64,000 nt of DNA, taken from IMG/VR virus record IMGVR_UViG_3300042465_005589, positions 124,001-188,000 of that record. One strand, given 5' to 3'. This document shows positions 27,355 to 36,837 of the stretch, piece by piece (position 1 is the stretch's first letter; each line of letters starts with the position of its first letter). The notes beneath the pieces are model-generated. The model made no database searches. It was not told the DNA's origin and saw only the letters and a list, made by a program, of their open reading frames with translations. Position numbers and translations under genes: made by a program.

Positions 27355-27651
27355 TTAGAACATTTCTTTTACTGCACAAATATCTTGTGTTTCGTTTGTG
27401 ATTTTATCTCTACGAATATCCATTTCGTTAAGTTGTTCGGCTAATGAGGCATAACCATATTCATCATTGGTCGGTTTCATTTCCCAAGCATTTACTTCAA
27501 CATAATTAATAGCTTCCTCTTGAGTCATACCATCTAATTCCGGATAATCAGAAAGGGTTAATTCTACCGGTTGTTTAGTGATTGATGTTTCATAATATTC
27601 TCTTGAGAATACTGCAATTGTTTTTGGGGTTTGTTCTGTTTGTTCTGACAT
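27355..27651 (-). CDS. hypothetical protein
   Basis: 98-aa ORF. Confidence 0.75.
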   Translation of the reverse strand: MSEQTEQTPKTIAVFSREYYETSITKQPVELTLSDYPELDGMTQEEAINYVEVNAWEMKPTNDEYGYASLAEQLNEMDIRRDKITNETQDICAVKEMF

Positions 27652-27705
27652 GATATATAATTTTAGATAAAGATATAAATAAAAAACCCCACAATCAAGT
27701 GGGGG

Positions 27706-27996
27706 TTAATAAAGTTCCTGGTAATTACGATAATAATCAATCCTATTACCAAAATTTTTTCTAATTAAATCAGTTACATAAACTTTCTGTCCTAATGTTA
27801 AATCCTGTCTATCCGTTAAGTCGGAAATAACACGACGAACAACCTCATCAAAATAATCATCACGATAATAAAATCTGGATACAATTGTAGGTTCACCCAT
27901 AGAAACCAAATACTTGTCAACAAGTTTTCTGATAAGGTCAATTCTTCTCTTAAACCATATGTTATTAAATTGATTCTCTGTAATTATTATTTTCAT
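27706..27996 (-). CDS. leader-bearing hypothetical protein
   Basis: MKIIITENQF. Confidence 0.8.
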   Translation of the reverse strand: MKIIITENQFNNIWFKRRIDLIRKLVDKYLVSMGEPTIVSRFYYRDDYFDEVVRRVISDLTDRQDLTLGQKVYVTDLIRKNFGNRIDYYRNYQELY

Positions 27997-27998
27997 AT

Positions 27999-28373
27999 CT
28001 ATTCTTCTTTTACAAAATTATCAATAATAGTGCTAAGAGGAATTCCAAACATATCAATACCCATATAAGATAATAGTCGATGTTCATCAATACGTTCAAC
28101 ATATTCGGGTTTATAACCACCTTCATAAATAAACCATTCACGACCTTCACGTTGTTGAGCCAACCACTTGCCATTTCCGGGTGTCTTAATCCAAAACATA
28201 GGTCCCCAATGATTTAATAGTGTATTAAATTCTCCTTTACTCTCAAACATACGACGTATAAGAACATTAGCTTCCCAATAATTTGTAATCATTTCAATCG
28301 TATCCGACAAGTCATACCCCAATGTGTTGTTGACCATATTCATCAACTTACTTTCTGCAATAATAATTCTCAT
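27999..28373 (-). CDS. leader-bearing protein, paralog of 22637-22999
   Basis: MRIIIAESKL...NNTLGYDLSDTIEMITN...LLNHWGPMFW. Confidence 0.8.
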   Translation of the reverse strand: MRIIIAESKLMNMVNNTLGYDLSDTIEMITNYWEANVLIRRMFESKGEFNTLLNHWGPMFWIKTPGNGKWLAQQREGREWFIYEGGYKPEYVERIDEHRLLSYMGIDMFGIPLSTIIDNFVKEE

Positions 28374-28394
28374 AATGATAAATATACATCATTC

Positions 28395-28443
28395 CAAAAA
28401 AAGGGGGCGGGGGGATTTGAGAACGACCGAAGGGAGTCCGGGT
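28395..28443 (+). repeat. G-rich dispersed intergenic repeat, copy 2
   Basis: CAAAAAAAGGGGGCGGGGGGATTTGAGAACGACCGAAGGGAGTCCGGGT. Confidence 0.9.
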
Positions 28444-29048
28444 TATCTTTCATTATAAAAATCATCTAAAAATATTTCCAAAGAAGTTTTAGTATTATTT
28501 CTCATCATACTAAGTTTTATTAATCTATTGTAATCATCACTCCCCTTAACAAATGTTTTAGAAAGACCAACTTGGGTATTACCCTCATTTGACTTTTTTG
28601 TCCCATTTTGATATGTTAAATTAAACTCTTTCACAAATGAATATAATGGAATACAGTAGTATTCCGTATTAAAATTATCTAAAGCGTCTACGAAGGTAAT
28701 TAATAAAAAATCAAAATGTTGATAAGGTCTAATATTCTTAACATTAAACTTCTTATTTACACTTATTGATAATTTATTTTCAAAAACAATATTCTCTTTA
28801 GTTTTTTTGGTTCTAAGAAAAAAATCACCATACCCTAATGATGCGGGAATAGGATACAAATACTTAAAATGATATAATAATTTATCCGTCCATTTATTAC
28901 CATAAGACTGTGAATTACAATACAAGTAACAATTAATAAAAAATCTAATCCAATCCCCTTTGAATACAATATCTGAAATTACATTATGACTAACTAATTT
29001 CTTATTAGCTAATACCAATTCTTTTAATACGTTTTTTCTCATTATCAA
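28443..29048 (-). CDS. putative PD-(D/E)xK restriction-endonuclease-like protein
   Basis: SQSYGNKW...GYGDFF...IVFENKLSIS...NIRPYQHFDF; flanked by repeat copies 2 and 3. Confidence 0.5.
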   Translation of the reverse strand: MIMRKNVLKELVLANKKLVSHNVISDIVFKGDWIRFFINCYLYCNSQSYGNKWTDKLLYHFKYLYPIPASLGYGDFFLRTKKTKENIVFENKLSISVNKKFNVKNIRPYQHFDFLLITFVDALDNFNTEYYCIPLYSFVKEFNLTYQNGTKKSNEGNTQVGLSKTFVKGSDDYNRLIKLSMMRNNTKTSLEIFLDDFYNER

Positions 29049-29091
29049 TTTATTTTTGACAAAGATATAAATAATATTTTAATTATCCAAA

Positions 29092-29138
29092 CAAAAAAGG
29101 GGGCGGGGGGATTGAACCCGACCGAAGGGAGTCCGGGT
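29092..29138 (+). repeat. G-rich dispersed intergenic repeat, copy 3
   Basis: CAAAAAAGGGGGCGGGGGGATTGAACCCGACCGAAGGGAGTCCGGGT. Confidence 0.9.
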
Positions 29139-29151
29139 CCACAGAGGTCCG

Positions 29152-29559
29152 TCATTCCCGACCCCAACCGTAATGAATAATCTTACCATTCACGTATTCC
29201 TTCCAAGTTTTATTCCAACGTCCCGAGAACAATACCGTCATACATCCGGAACTATTAGATATCCGATGATAGGAATCACGGGGGAAATAAACCAACACCT
29301 TCTCACGTCTAGCAATACGATATTCCCCACTAATCTCATCATCCAAGATGTGCTCGTCATACCCCCCAAACAGTTTCACAGACCACGCGTTAAAAGCGTG
29401 GGTATGAAACCTATCCTGACTACCAAAGGATTTATGAAAATAAAAGAAGATGATGGAGAATAGCCACTTACATTCAAAGACCACGAATTGACTAACGATT
29501 TGTTCCCCAAACTCAAACCTGTTGTATTTGAGAAATGAAATTGATTTTGTTTTTACCAT
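29152..29559 (-). CDS. cupin-fold protein
   Basis: FHTHAFNAWSVKLFGGYDEH...SYHRI. Confidence 0.7.
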   Translation of the reverse strand: MVKTKSISFLKYNRFEFGEQIVSQFVVFECKWLFSIIFFYFHKSFGSQDRFHTHAFNAWSVKLFGGYDEHILDDEISGEYRIARREKVLVYFPRDSYHRISNSSGCMTVLFSGRWNKTWKEYVNGKIIHYGWGRE

Positions 29560-29630
29560 AATTGTTATATACCTTATGGAATTAAATGATAATCAATTAT
29601 ATTCCGGATGTCAACCAATCAAAGCGGGGG

Positions 29631-30893
29631 TTAATGTCTATTCCCTTGACTCTTGTTATCAGAACTCTCCTGTAACACCAAGTTATCATACGTACTATCA
29701 CCACCTTTAGAATGTGGTTTATCCTTATGACCCCCATTTATAACCTTACCGTTCTTAACCTGAAGGGGGGTGTAAATCTCAACACTACCATCCAACCTCG
29801 TAACAACACCTCCGGTCTCAATACACTTAGCCAACTTCTCCATCTCAGTGAACAATCTCTTAGAATCCAACTCATAGAAGTATTCCCCAATAAACGGGTG
29901 GAAATCATTATACATACACTCAAACTTATATTTCAAATTCTTAGTCATAGAACGACATAGATATGTCCAATTACTATTCATAGGATTCTTAAAGGTATCA
30001 ATTATCCTCTGATTGTCCAATTCCAAATACTTATCAACAAACTCAGATATCAAATCCTTATTCAATACACAGTTGTATTCACGACTCATATCCAATAAGA
30101 ACATAAACAAATTAAATGAATTACCCTTAGTAATATCCGATTTAGTTTCGTGTATCAAATTAATACACTTACCCCATACCTTCATAATGTCATTGAAATT
30201 CTTCTCATTGAATATTTCAACATTCTTATACATCAAATCCAAATTAGTAGTGTTCAATGTCTTGTCCTTTGATTGGTGATAAGATAAAAACTGACTAACC
30301 AATTCCAAATCTTTCATCCTTGAAAAGGTCAACCCACTTATCTTTAATAACTCCCCACTATAATCAATACCGTTCTTACGAATAAACTCAGAAATAATCC
30401 CCTCCTCAGCATTCCTTCTCTCTTGGGGATTAGCAGATGTATTACTGTTCAAATTAATGAAGGTTCTATGTAATTGATTCTTCGTAGCATTGAAAATATA
30501 CTTTAAACTAATCTCACTATTGAAGAAGTCAAACATCATATCACTCAATGGGGAATTCCAATCAATCTCATTATACTTCTCAATCAAAAACTCAGTCCTG
30601 TTCCCCCCATCTATTGAAATGTAACGATACCCCTGATTCCATAAACTTGAAAAATATTCATAGTCCTTCGTATTATTCTGACTAAAGGAATATTCCATTG
30701 AAGACTTAATGTCACACAATACAATGTTACTCGCATCTGTACCATCTAACAATGATAAATGATAACTAACCTTGTCGGTTTTCTTCCACACTTTTCTTCT
30801 TTGAATAGTTGGGTCATAATATACCCTATTCCCCTTAACAATGTGAATGAACCCCTGAATTGTTTTTGACTCGTACTTCTTAATGATTCCCAT
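29631..30893 (-). CDS. DUF262 (ParB-like) plus C-terminal HNH protein, GmrSD-like
   Basis: IQRRKVW, SIDGGNRT, FINLNSN; C-terminal GHKDKPHSKGGDSTYDNLVLQESSDNKSQGN. Confidence 0.75.
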   Translation of the reverse strand: MGIIKKYESKTIQGFIHIVKGNRVYYDPTIQRRKVWKKTDKVSYHLSLLDGTDASNIVLCDIKSSMEYSFSQNNTKDYEYFSSLWNQGYRYISIDGGNRTEFLIEKYNEIDWNSPLSDMMFDFFNSEISLKYIFNATKNQLHRTFINLNSNTSANPQERRNAEEGIISEFIRKNGIDYSGELLKISGLTFSRMKDLELVSQFLSYHQSKDKTLNTTNLDLMYKNVEIFNEKNFNDIMKVWGKCINLIHETKSDITKGNSFNLFMFLLDMSREYNCVLNKDLISEFVDKYLELDNQRIIDTFKNPMNSNWTYLCRSMTKNLKYKFECMYNDFHPFIGEYFYELDSKRLFTEMEKLAKCIETGGVVTRLDGSVEIYTPLQVKNGKVINGGHKDKPHSKGGDSTYDNLVLQESSDNKSQGNRH

Positions 30894-31169
30894 AACGTTT
30901 ATGTTTTAAAGTTTAACGGGACAAAGATAATACTTTTTTTTTAATAACCAAATTTTTTCCAGAATTTTTTTTTTCATATCTCATATTCCAATATACGATA
31001 TGACCCCATCCGGAAATTTTCCGGATTACTAATCATTATTTCCGGATACCCAATTAACAGGGGGGATTTTCCCCAATTTTTTTCCAAAAATTTTTTAAGG
31101 TTTTTTTTCTCGAATACTTTGTTTAAGGGATTATCCCCCCTATTTGACTGTCAATATGTCATATATGGA

Positions 31170-31217
31170 GGGGGGATACGGGGGAGGGAGGGGGTATGCC
31201 CCCACATAGGGGGTAAG
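31170..31217 (+). other. G-quadruplex consensus overlapping alternative G5/C5 hairpins
   Basis: GGGGGG-ATAC-GGGGG-A-GGG-A-GGGGG then TATG-CCCCC-ACATA-GGGGG. Confidence 0.6.
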
Positions 31218-31271
31218 ATGGGAGGAGTTATCATAAGTTATGAACACTCCCTCCGGTATGATGTTAATAAG

Positions 31272-31712
31272 TTATTGCATTATGTAATGGTCACGACGTA
31301 TTCGTCTTGGTACATTAACTATCTCCCCTCTGAAGTTTTCGTAAGGGTAATTGATTTGGAATTCTTCCGGTAGTTGTTCATTGACATCAGTCATTAGACG
31401 TTCCATGTTATCTGTTGTATCATATGATAGGTCTTTAAGTTGGGGGTTGTCATCGTAACTGAATAGACCACCCAATGTATATGTTTCATATGGACCTTGT
31501 GTATCAAGATGTTCTACCCAATGTTTATTGGTTTCAATACCAAAGAAGTTAGCTAACATCTTATAGTCCACCATGAAGTCAATGTTTAACATGGTATCAT
31601 ACTTAAGGAAGTCATTAGATGGTTTCCATCCTAAGATGAAAGGGTATTTCTTTTTGATAGCGTTGACCATCATGTCCACACTTCTCATTTGTTTTTTAGT
31701 TAATTGTTCCAT
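31272..31712 (-). CDS. hypothetical protein
   Basis: 146-aa ORF behind a TATTTAT motif. Confidence 0.8.
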   Translation of the reverse strand: MEQLTKKQMRSVDMMVNAIKKKYPFILGWKPSNDFLKYDTMLNIDFMVDYKMLANFFGIETNKHWVEHLDTQGPYETYTLGGLFSYDDNPQLKDLSYDTTDNMERLMTDVNEQLPEEFQINYPYENFRGEIVNVPRRIRRDHYIMQ

Positions 31713-32005
31713 ATGTTAATAAATATAATGAAATTTGTTTGTGGATACAAATCTTTTTTGTATCTTTGTACCACAGAATCGGTAATCAGTCCGGATGGGG
31801 GCGAACCTTAAGGGTGGAAGAGTAGACTCCACAGCGCTCTATATTTATATATATCCCCCCATTTACTGAGAATATGATAATGGAGTATATATACTTCTGA
31901 AAATAATTGTTAATGAATCCCCCATTTTGTTGAGAATGTCATAATTTATTTATATCTTTGTTAATTGACGGTGATTATCGCCGGTAACTATTAAACATTT
32001 AAACT

Positions 32006-32158
32006 ATGATGATACTATTTAATATACTAATTGTGATGGGGGTTCTTATTTTCATTGGTGAAGTTGTGGCTCAGAAACTACCTAAAGACAATTCCTTTGT
32101 TATATGGTGGAGGAAACATATCATCGAACATTTATCCGATGATGACCCCCGATTCTAA
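32006..32158 (+). CDS. small membrane protein (50 aa)
   Basis: Hand-translated MMILFNILIVMGVLIFIGEVVAQKLPKDNSFVIWWRKHII...; promoter TATCTTTG at 31953. Confidence 0.65.
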   Translation: MMILFNILIVMGVLIFIGEVVAQKLPKDNSFVIWWRKHIIEHLSDDDPRF

Positions 32159-32484
32159 TTCCCGTTTATAATATAGTCCTCGACACATTGAAGGGAATGT
32201 TCCCTTATCTCCATAGTCATCCCTGTTAAGTCATCACTTGATAGGGGGGAATCTATATTTATCTTTTCTATAATATCCCCCATCTCACATGCCGTTAGAA
32301 GTAAAATCTTTTGACTGATTGGTTTTCTCTGTCCCGGAAGACTAACATAATTATACTCACACACTCCTGTGTACTGCTCATAACTATAATTTACAATATA
32401 CTTTTCCCCCTCACAAACAACCTCAATTGCGAAATTGTTTAGTAATCTTTGACTCTTATTTAGACTTGTTCTGTTTTGGTACAT
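32155..32484 (-). CDS. hypothetical protein
   Basis: 109-aa ORF. Confidence 0.65.
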   Translation of the reverse strand: MYQNRTSLNKSQRLLNNFAIEVVCEGEKYIVNYSYEQYTGVCEYNYVSLPGQRKPISQKILLLTACEMGDIIEKINIDSPLSSDDLTGMTMEIREHSLQCVEDYIINGN

Positions 32485-33452
32485 ATTATTAACACTTATT
32501 TGTTAATAAATATAAGGGTCTAATGTTTATTCTACATACTCATGGGGGGAATTGTTGATAACTTAATATGTTAAATTCCTTGATTTTGTCAAAATGTCAT
32601 GTCTGTTTCACGATGGGGATAATCCTTTTTCCCACTTTTTCCCCCATTTAACCTACACAGTCTACCACTTTTTACCACCGGATATGGTCATGACGCTATG
32701 TCAGTGTCCACTTTTCCCCCTCTGTAGGTAGTGTTAGGACCAATAAATTAGGTATAGACGTTTCCCAGTAAATTGTATTAGTTATGGTCTATGATGCGGT
32801 GGAACCGTTAGGTGTTAGGAGATTCACTTCAACGACCCGTTAAGGGTATATAATTGACCACTAATGAACGAATTAAAAATATATAATATGGGACACTATA
32901 GAGACATAAAATACCATTAAAACTTACTATTCGTATCACTCTTGTGAGTTTAAAACTGACTGTAGTGATACAAAACATAACTTTTTAATCGATACCGTAA
33001 TACAAGTTACCGTAACGTCCATTACAATGTTCATTTAAATCTATTGTTCATTGCAAATGAACATACTCTAATAATGAACACCTCATCCGGATAACTAATC
33101 ATGTCTGTAGTTTGTGTCGGAGACCGACACATAGTGGAGTCCCACTCTATATGGGGGGAACTTGTTCCCCCAACATAAATGGGGGGATTGTTTACTTGAC
33201 TATTAATGGTCAATAGTAAAATGTATATATGGTGAGTAAAAGGATTATAATATATGATGTGTAAAGTAAAACAGTTATAATATGTAAACTAATAGTATCT
33301 GTATAGATTATTGAGTTTTTTATACAGATGGAAGTTAACGTATATAAATAAATGGATTTCTTATACATAAGAAAATAGTAAAGGATAAAACTATGAGTGA
33401 ATTCCGGAGTGAAACGCAGGACTATGAACGAATGGTTTAATCGTTTAGTATT

Positions 33453-33911
33453 TTACATATTGTATTCTAATGCGTCAACCATAAACAGGAAAATCTCATC
33501 TAATGTATTATCATCTAAATCCGTATATCGTTCAGTAAAACTACCTTTGTGTCTATCATACTCTTCACCATCATAAACATCTATGGTAACAAAGTCCGGA
33601 TTGAAATACTCAATTTGTTGTAACTCATAATCAGGAGAACCATATGGAATAGCATTCATATTTAATTCATACGTAGATATCCCGGTTGAATTGTATTTTT
33701 CTGTTAACTGTTTTATTGCATCTCTAATGAAATTAATTTTATCATCAATGGTAAAGTATTTGTGACCAAGAATATTTAATATTGGTTCATATCCACCCAT
33801 TAACTTAATGGTATGATATAACCCGTACTTGGATATCATATTCTTCACCATTTCCTCCCGGTTCTCCGTTAGTAATGATTGGATTCTATGTATGTTCTCG
33901 TGTAAATTCAT
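33453..33911 (-). CDS. MNL.EN-leader protein, paralog of the next gene
   Basis: MNLHENIHRIQSLLTEN; LQQIEYF...IDVYD. Confidence 0.8.
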   Translation of the reverse strand: MNLHENIHRIQSLLTENREEMVKNMISKYGLYHTIKLMGGYEPILNILGHKYFTIDDKINFIRDAIKQLTEKYNSTGISTYELNMNAIPYGSPDYELQQIEYFNPDFVTIDVYDGEEYDRHKGSFTERYTDLDDNTLDEIFLFMVDALEYNM

Positions 33912-33914
33912 ATC

Positions 33915-34337
33915 TTACTTATTGATTAATATCTCAACCAATTCATCAAGTATTTGCCCCGGCAAACTTTCATATGGAATATTATAATCACCTAAATGAG
34001 TACCCATATCCTCATCATAAACATCTACCATAGCTCGGTTCTTACCCAAATATTCTATTTGACGTAATTCACCATCCTGTTCACTAAAATGAATTGGTTC
34101 TTCATTTATCTCGTGTAAAGCAAAACCACTACCATCATCATTTATTTCTATAATTTTCTCTTTAATATAATTTACTTTGTCAATTTCCTTTAAGTATGGC
34201 TCAATCACATAGTAATTCCCCGTCATTTTAATGGCGTCAGCAACACCCATCTTGTCAATCATATTTCTGATGGCTTTATCCCTGTCATTTTCAGAGATTA
34301 AGGTATTAATTCTTTGTATGTTTTCTATTAAGTTCAT
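33915..34337 (-). CDS. MNL.EN-leader protein
   Basis: MNLIENIQRINTLISEN; LRQIEYL...VDVYD. Confidence 0.8.
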   Translation of the reverse strand: MNLIENIQRINTLISENDRDKAIRNMIDKMGVADAIKMTGNYYVIEPYLKEIDKVNYIKEKIIEINDDGSGFALHEINEEPIHFSEQDGELRQIEYLGKNRAMVDVYDEDMGTHLGDYNIPYESLPGQILDELVEILINK

Positions 34338-35095
34338 TATCCAATATTTGCTCCGGTTATTTGTCTAACCCCATATTCAGGGAAATGTTTCTTAAAGTAG
34401 TCCTGAACCGCATACCTGTAATGTCTTGACACATATCCAAAAGGAACAAATTGAACTAACTCATCATGTAATGAATAGTCCCACCATATTTGTTCGTCCT
34501 TTTTATCGTATCTCATTAAAGTTTTTTTAAGGTCTTTATCATTAAACAATATAATTACATTATCATTCTCATCATACGCGTTTATTGCCATATCTAAAAA
34601 CTTAACCATAGTTTTCCCCCACTTTGGATATTCATCTTCATACTCTTGGTCAAAAGAAGCTCTTGAAACATAAGCGTCTTTACCCTCGCTCATCATATGT
34701 TTAAACACTTGTTTAATATGTTTTGGTAAGGAATTAATCGGTATTACTTTTGCTCTAATTGTTTCTAATCCTTGTCTTGCGGCTTTCTGTGCTCTGTGGT
34801 GCCCATCTATAATCGTTATGAACTCCCCATCATCATTAACAAAGATTAATATTGGATATTGTAAGTCAGCGCTTTCTATCTTTCTAACCTCATCTTCATC
34901 CCCATCCCACGATAATAAGTGTGACTTTAATTCTTCTACAGATATTTTCCTCACCGGAATATCTTCTGTGGCGTTTAATAAATCAATAAGGGTGATTTTA
35001 TCCCCCTCGTCATTTTCCCAAGATGTATCATGCAACCCTTCATTGATTACCCCCATCATCTGATGGATTCTATGTATGTTCTCTTGTAAGTTCAT
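34337..35095 (-). CDS. MNL.EN-leader protein with ParB/Srx-like domain and C-terminal family domain
   Basis: ADLQYPILI...IIDGHHRAQKA. Confidence 0.75.
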   Translation of the reverse strand: MNLQENIHRIHQMMGVINEGLHDTSWENDEGDKITLIDLLNATEDIPVRKISVEELKSHLLSWDGDEDEVRKIESADLQYPILIFVNDDGEFITIIDGHHRAQKAARQGLETIRAKVIPINSLPKHIKQVFKHMMSEGKDAYVSRASFDQEYEDEYPKWGKTMVKFLDMAINAYDENDNVIILFNDKDLKKTLMRYDKKDEQIWWDYSLHDELVQFVPFGYVSRHYRYAVQDYFKKHFPEYGVRQITGANIG

Positions 35096-35096
35096 A

Positions 35097-35870
35097 TTAT
35101 TTGAAGTCCGGTAATTTAGTATCTTTAATAAACTTCTTGTGCGAATCTTTATACGATTTTTGAGTCTCGTCAGTCACTTTCTTGGTGTACTGCCAATTCC
35201 AATATAAATCATCGTTTGGTTTGAATCCGTAGAATCCATGTACTTCCTTCTGTGTTTCACTTACTGTCTCCCCGTTCCAATTCTGCCCAACACAAATGAA
35301 ACCGGTCTCAATATCTTTTACAAGATTTGATTCCCCCAATGTTGCGTGTCTATTCTCAATCCAAGTCAGTCTCTCAATTAAGTTCTGATAAAACATATTT
35401 GTTTGTCCCCACCTTACCGAACTAAAGAATATAACAGCGTCAGATTCAAACAACTCTTTGGAAATCTTCCATAACTCATCCTTTGGGTTGTTATAACTTG
35501 CCCAACATCTATGGTCTCCCGATGGATTCTTTTTCTTATCTTTGAGCATCGCTTTCAGTAATCCACAAGAGTTACCATCCTTTCTCGATACATTTCCCTC
35601 ACAAGAAACAATATTAAGTTCCGAAACATCTATTAGAACTGACTTATCACCCAACTCATCGTTCAGGTACATCGCAATCATTTTTGACTTTGGAATGTCT
35701 ATGTTTTTATCATCCCAATTATATCTATTGGAACAACTAAGTAGTAATACTTTCTTTTTCTTTTTAAGAATATCTAAAGTATTCTTAATTGATTTCCAAG
35801 CATCGGACTGAACCATCTCTTCGGAAATCATAATCTCTCTTATTCTTTGTATATCTTCGTTTAAATTCAT
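35097..35870 (-). CDS. MNL.ED-leader flavodoxin-fold NAD(P)H-dependent FMN reductase / iron-sulfur flavoprotein-like
   Basis: LLLSCSNR...LIDVSELNIVSCEG...C...HRC...ESDAVIFFSSVRWG...LIERL. Confidence 0.8.
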   Translation of the reverse strand: MNLNEDIQRIREIMISEEMVQSDAWKSIKNTLDILKKKKKVLLLSCSNRYNWDDKNIDIPKSKMIAMYLNDELGDKSVLIDVSELNIVSCEGNVSRKDGNSCGLLKAMLKDKKKNPSGDHRCWASYNNPKDELWKISKELFESDAVIFFSSVRWGQTNMFYQNLIERLTWIENRHATLGESNLVKDIETGFICVGQNWNGETVSETQKEVHGFYGFKPNDDLYWNWQYTKKVTDETQKSYKDSHKKFIKDTKLPDFK

Positions 35871-35983
35871 AATGATAAATATAATGTTTGGTGAAACAGT
35901 TTTAATTGTTATATTGACGTATTTTTTTATTTATAAATATCTTACTAAGCGGAATAATTAAATATATGTTGTATCTTTGAAGT

Positions 35984-36268
35984 ATGAAATTACTTAAATA
36001 CTTAATCATCCGTCTAACAACCAAAGGGTCCGATAACGCCATTAAAGTATATAATACTTTATACCCAACAACTCAACCGGAAATCAAATACGTTAGAGTT
36101 CCCGTAACTGAATCAACTATTCAGGTTCCCAACTCACCTATGAAACCTGCCGATAAACGTGAAGAGCTTGAGGAATCATTATCCTACTTGAATAACAAGA
36201 AAGTTAAAACCAAACAGGACAAGGAATCCATCGAAATCATCAAGTCAATATTGAAGAATATGAAGTAG
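35984..36268 (+). CDS. hypothetical protein
   Basis: 94-aa ORF 4 nt after a TATCTTTG promoter, followed by a terminator. Confidence 0.7.
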   Translation: MKLLKYLIIRLTTKGSDNAIKVYNTLYPTTQPEIKYVRVPVTESTIQVPNSPMKPADKREELEESLSYLNNKKVKTKQDKESIEIIKSILKNMK

Positions 36269-36388
36269 TTACTTTTTGTGGTAAGATAGACCCCACCTTT
36301 TGGGGTTTATCTTGTGGTGATTGGTAATATATTTTATTCACGGTTTACTACGCATTGTGTAGTGTTACGCAAATGAAATATATCTGTT

Positions 36389-36503
36389 GATTACACTTTT
36401 TGGTACGAATAAATGTAATAGATAACACTTTTTGGTACGAATAAATGTAAATGTCCGTTATTACAAACATTATTATTGTTTTTGATTAGAATAACGGACA
36501 TTT
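36389..36503. repeat. tandem 30-nt direct repeat (period 32) followed by a perfect 14-bp inverted repeat
   Basis: GATWACACTTTTTGGTACGAATAAATGTAA at 36389 and 36421; AAATGTCCGTTATT (36449) / AATAACGGACATTT (36490). Confidence 0.85.
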
Positions 36504-36837
36504 AATCCTCATTGTGATACCCCATCAAATATACTTCTTCGGGTTCTAACCTTATTCTATCTTTAAACCACCAAAAAATAACTCTTTGTAGTTCTTCCTC
36601 ACCAAATGAGAAAACCGATAGAGGTAACCAAAAATCCCTATAAACATATAATCCCCCATTATTCTCTAACCATTTCAATATAATTTTACCATCACTATCT
36701 TTGAATAACACTCGGTGATTACTAAACACTGAATTTACATTCATATCTTTATCTTCACGTGTTAATTTACTCAAGACATTATCTAATACCTTATAGGATA
36801 ATTGTCTTCTTTTATCTTCTGTAAGAAGTACTCTCAT
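36502..36837 (-). CDS. leader-bearing family-domain protein
   Basis: MRVLLTEDK; FKDSDGKII...FWWFKDRIRLEP. Confidence 0.8.
   Translation of the reverse strand: MRVLLTEDKRRQLSYKVLDNVLSKLTREDKDMNVNSVFSNHRVLFKDSDGKIILKWLENNGGLYVYRDFWLPLSVFSFGEEELQRVIFWWFKDRIRLEPEEVYLMGYHNED

Noticed and set aside
29100-29137. tRNA fragment (minus strand GGTTCAATCCCC resembles a T-loop)
   Set aside because: There is no cloverleaf or acceptor stem, and the motif is absent from the other two repeat copies.
31119-31373. 84-aa plus-strand ORF across the G-rich tract
   Set aside because: It has a TTG start, a Gly-rich sequence dictated by G runs, and overlaps a better minus-strand gene.
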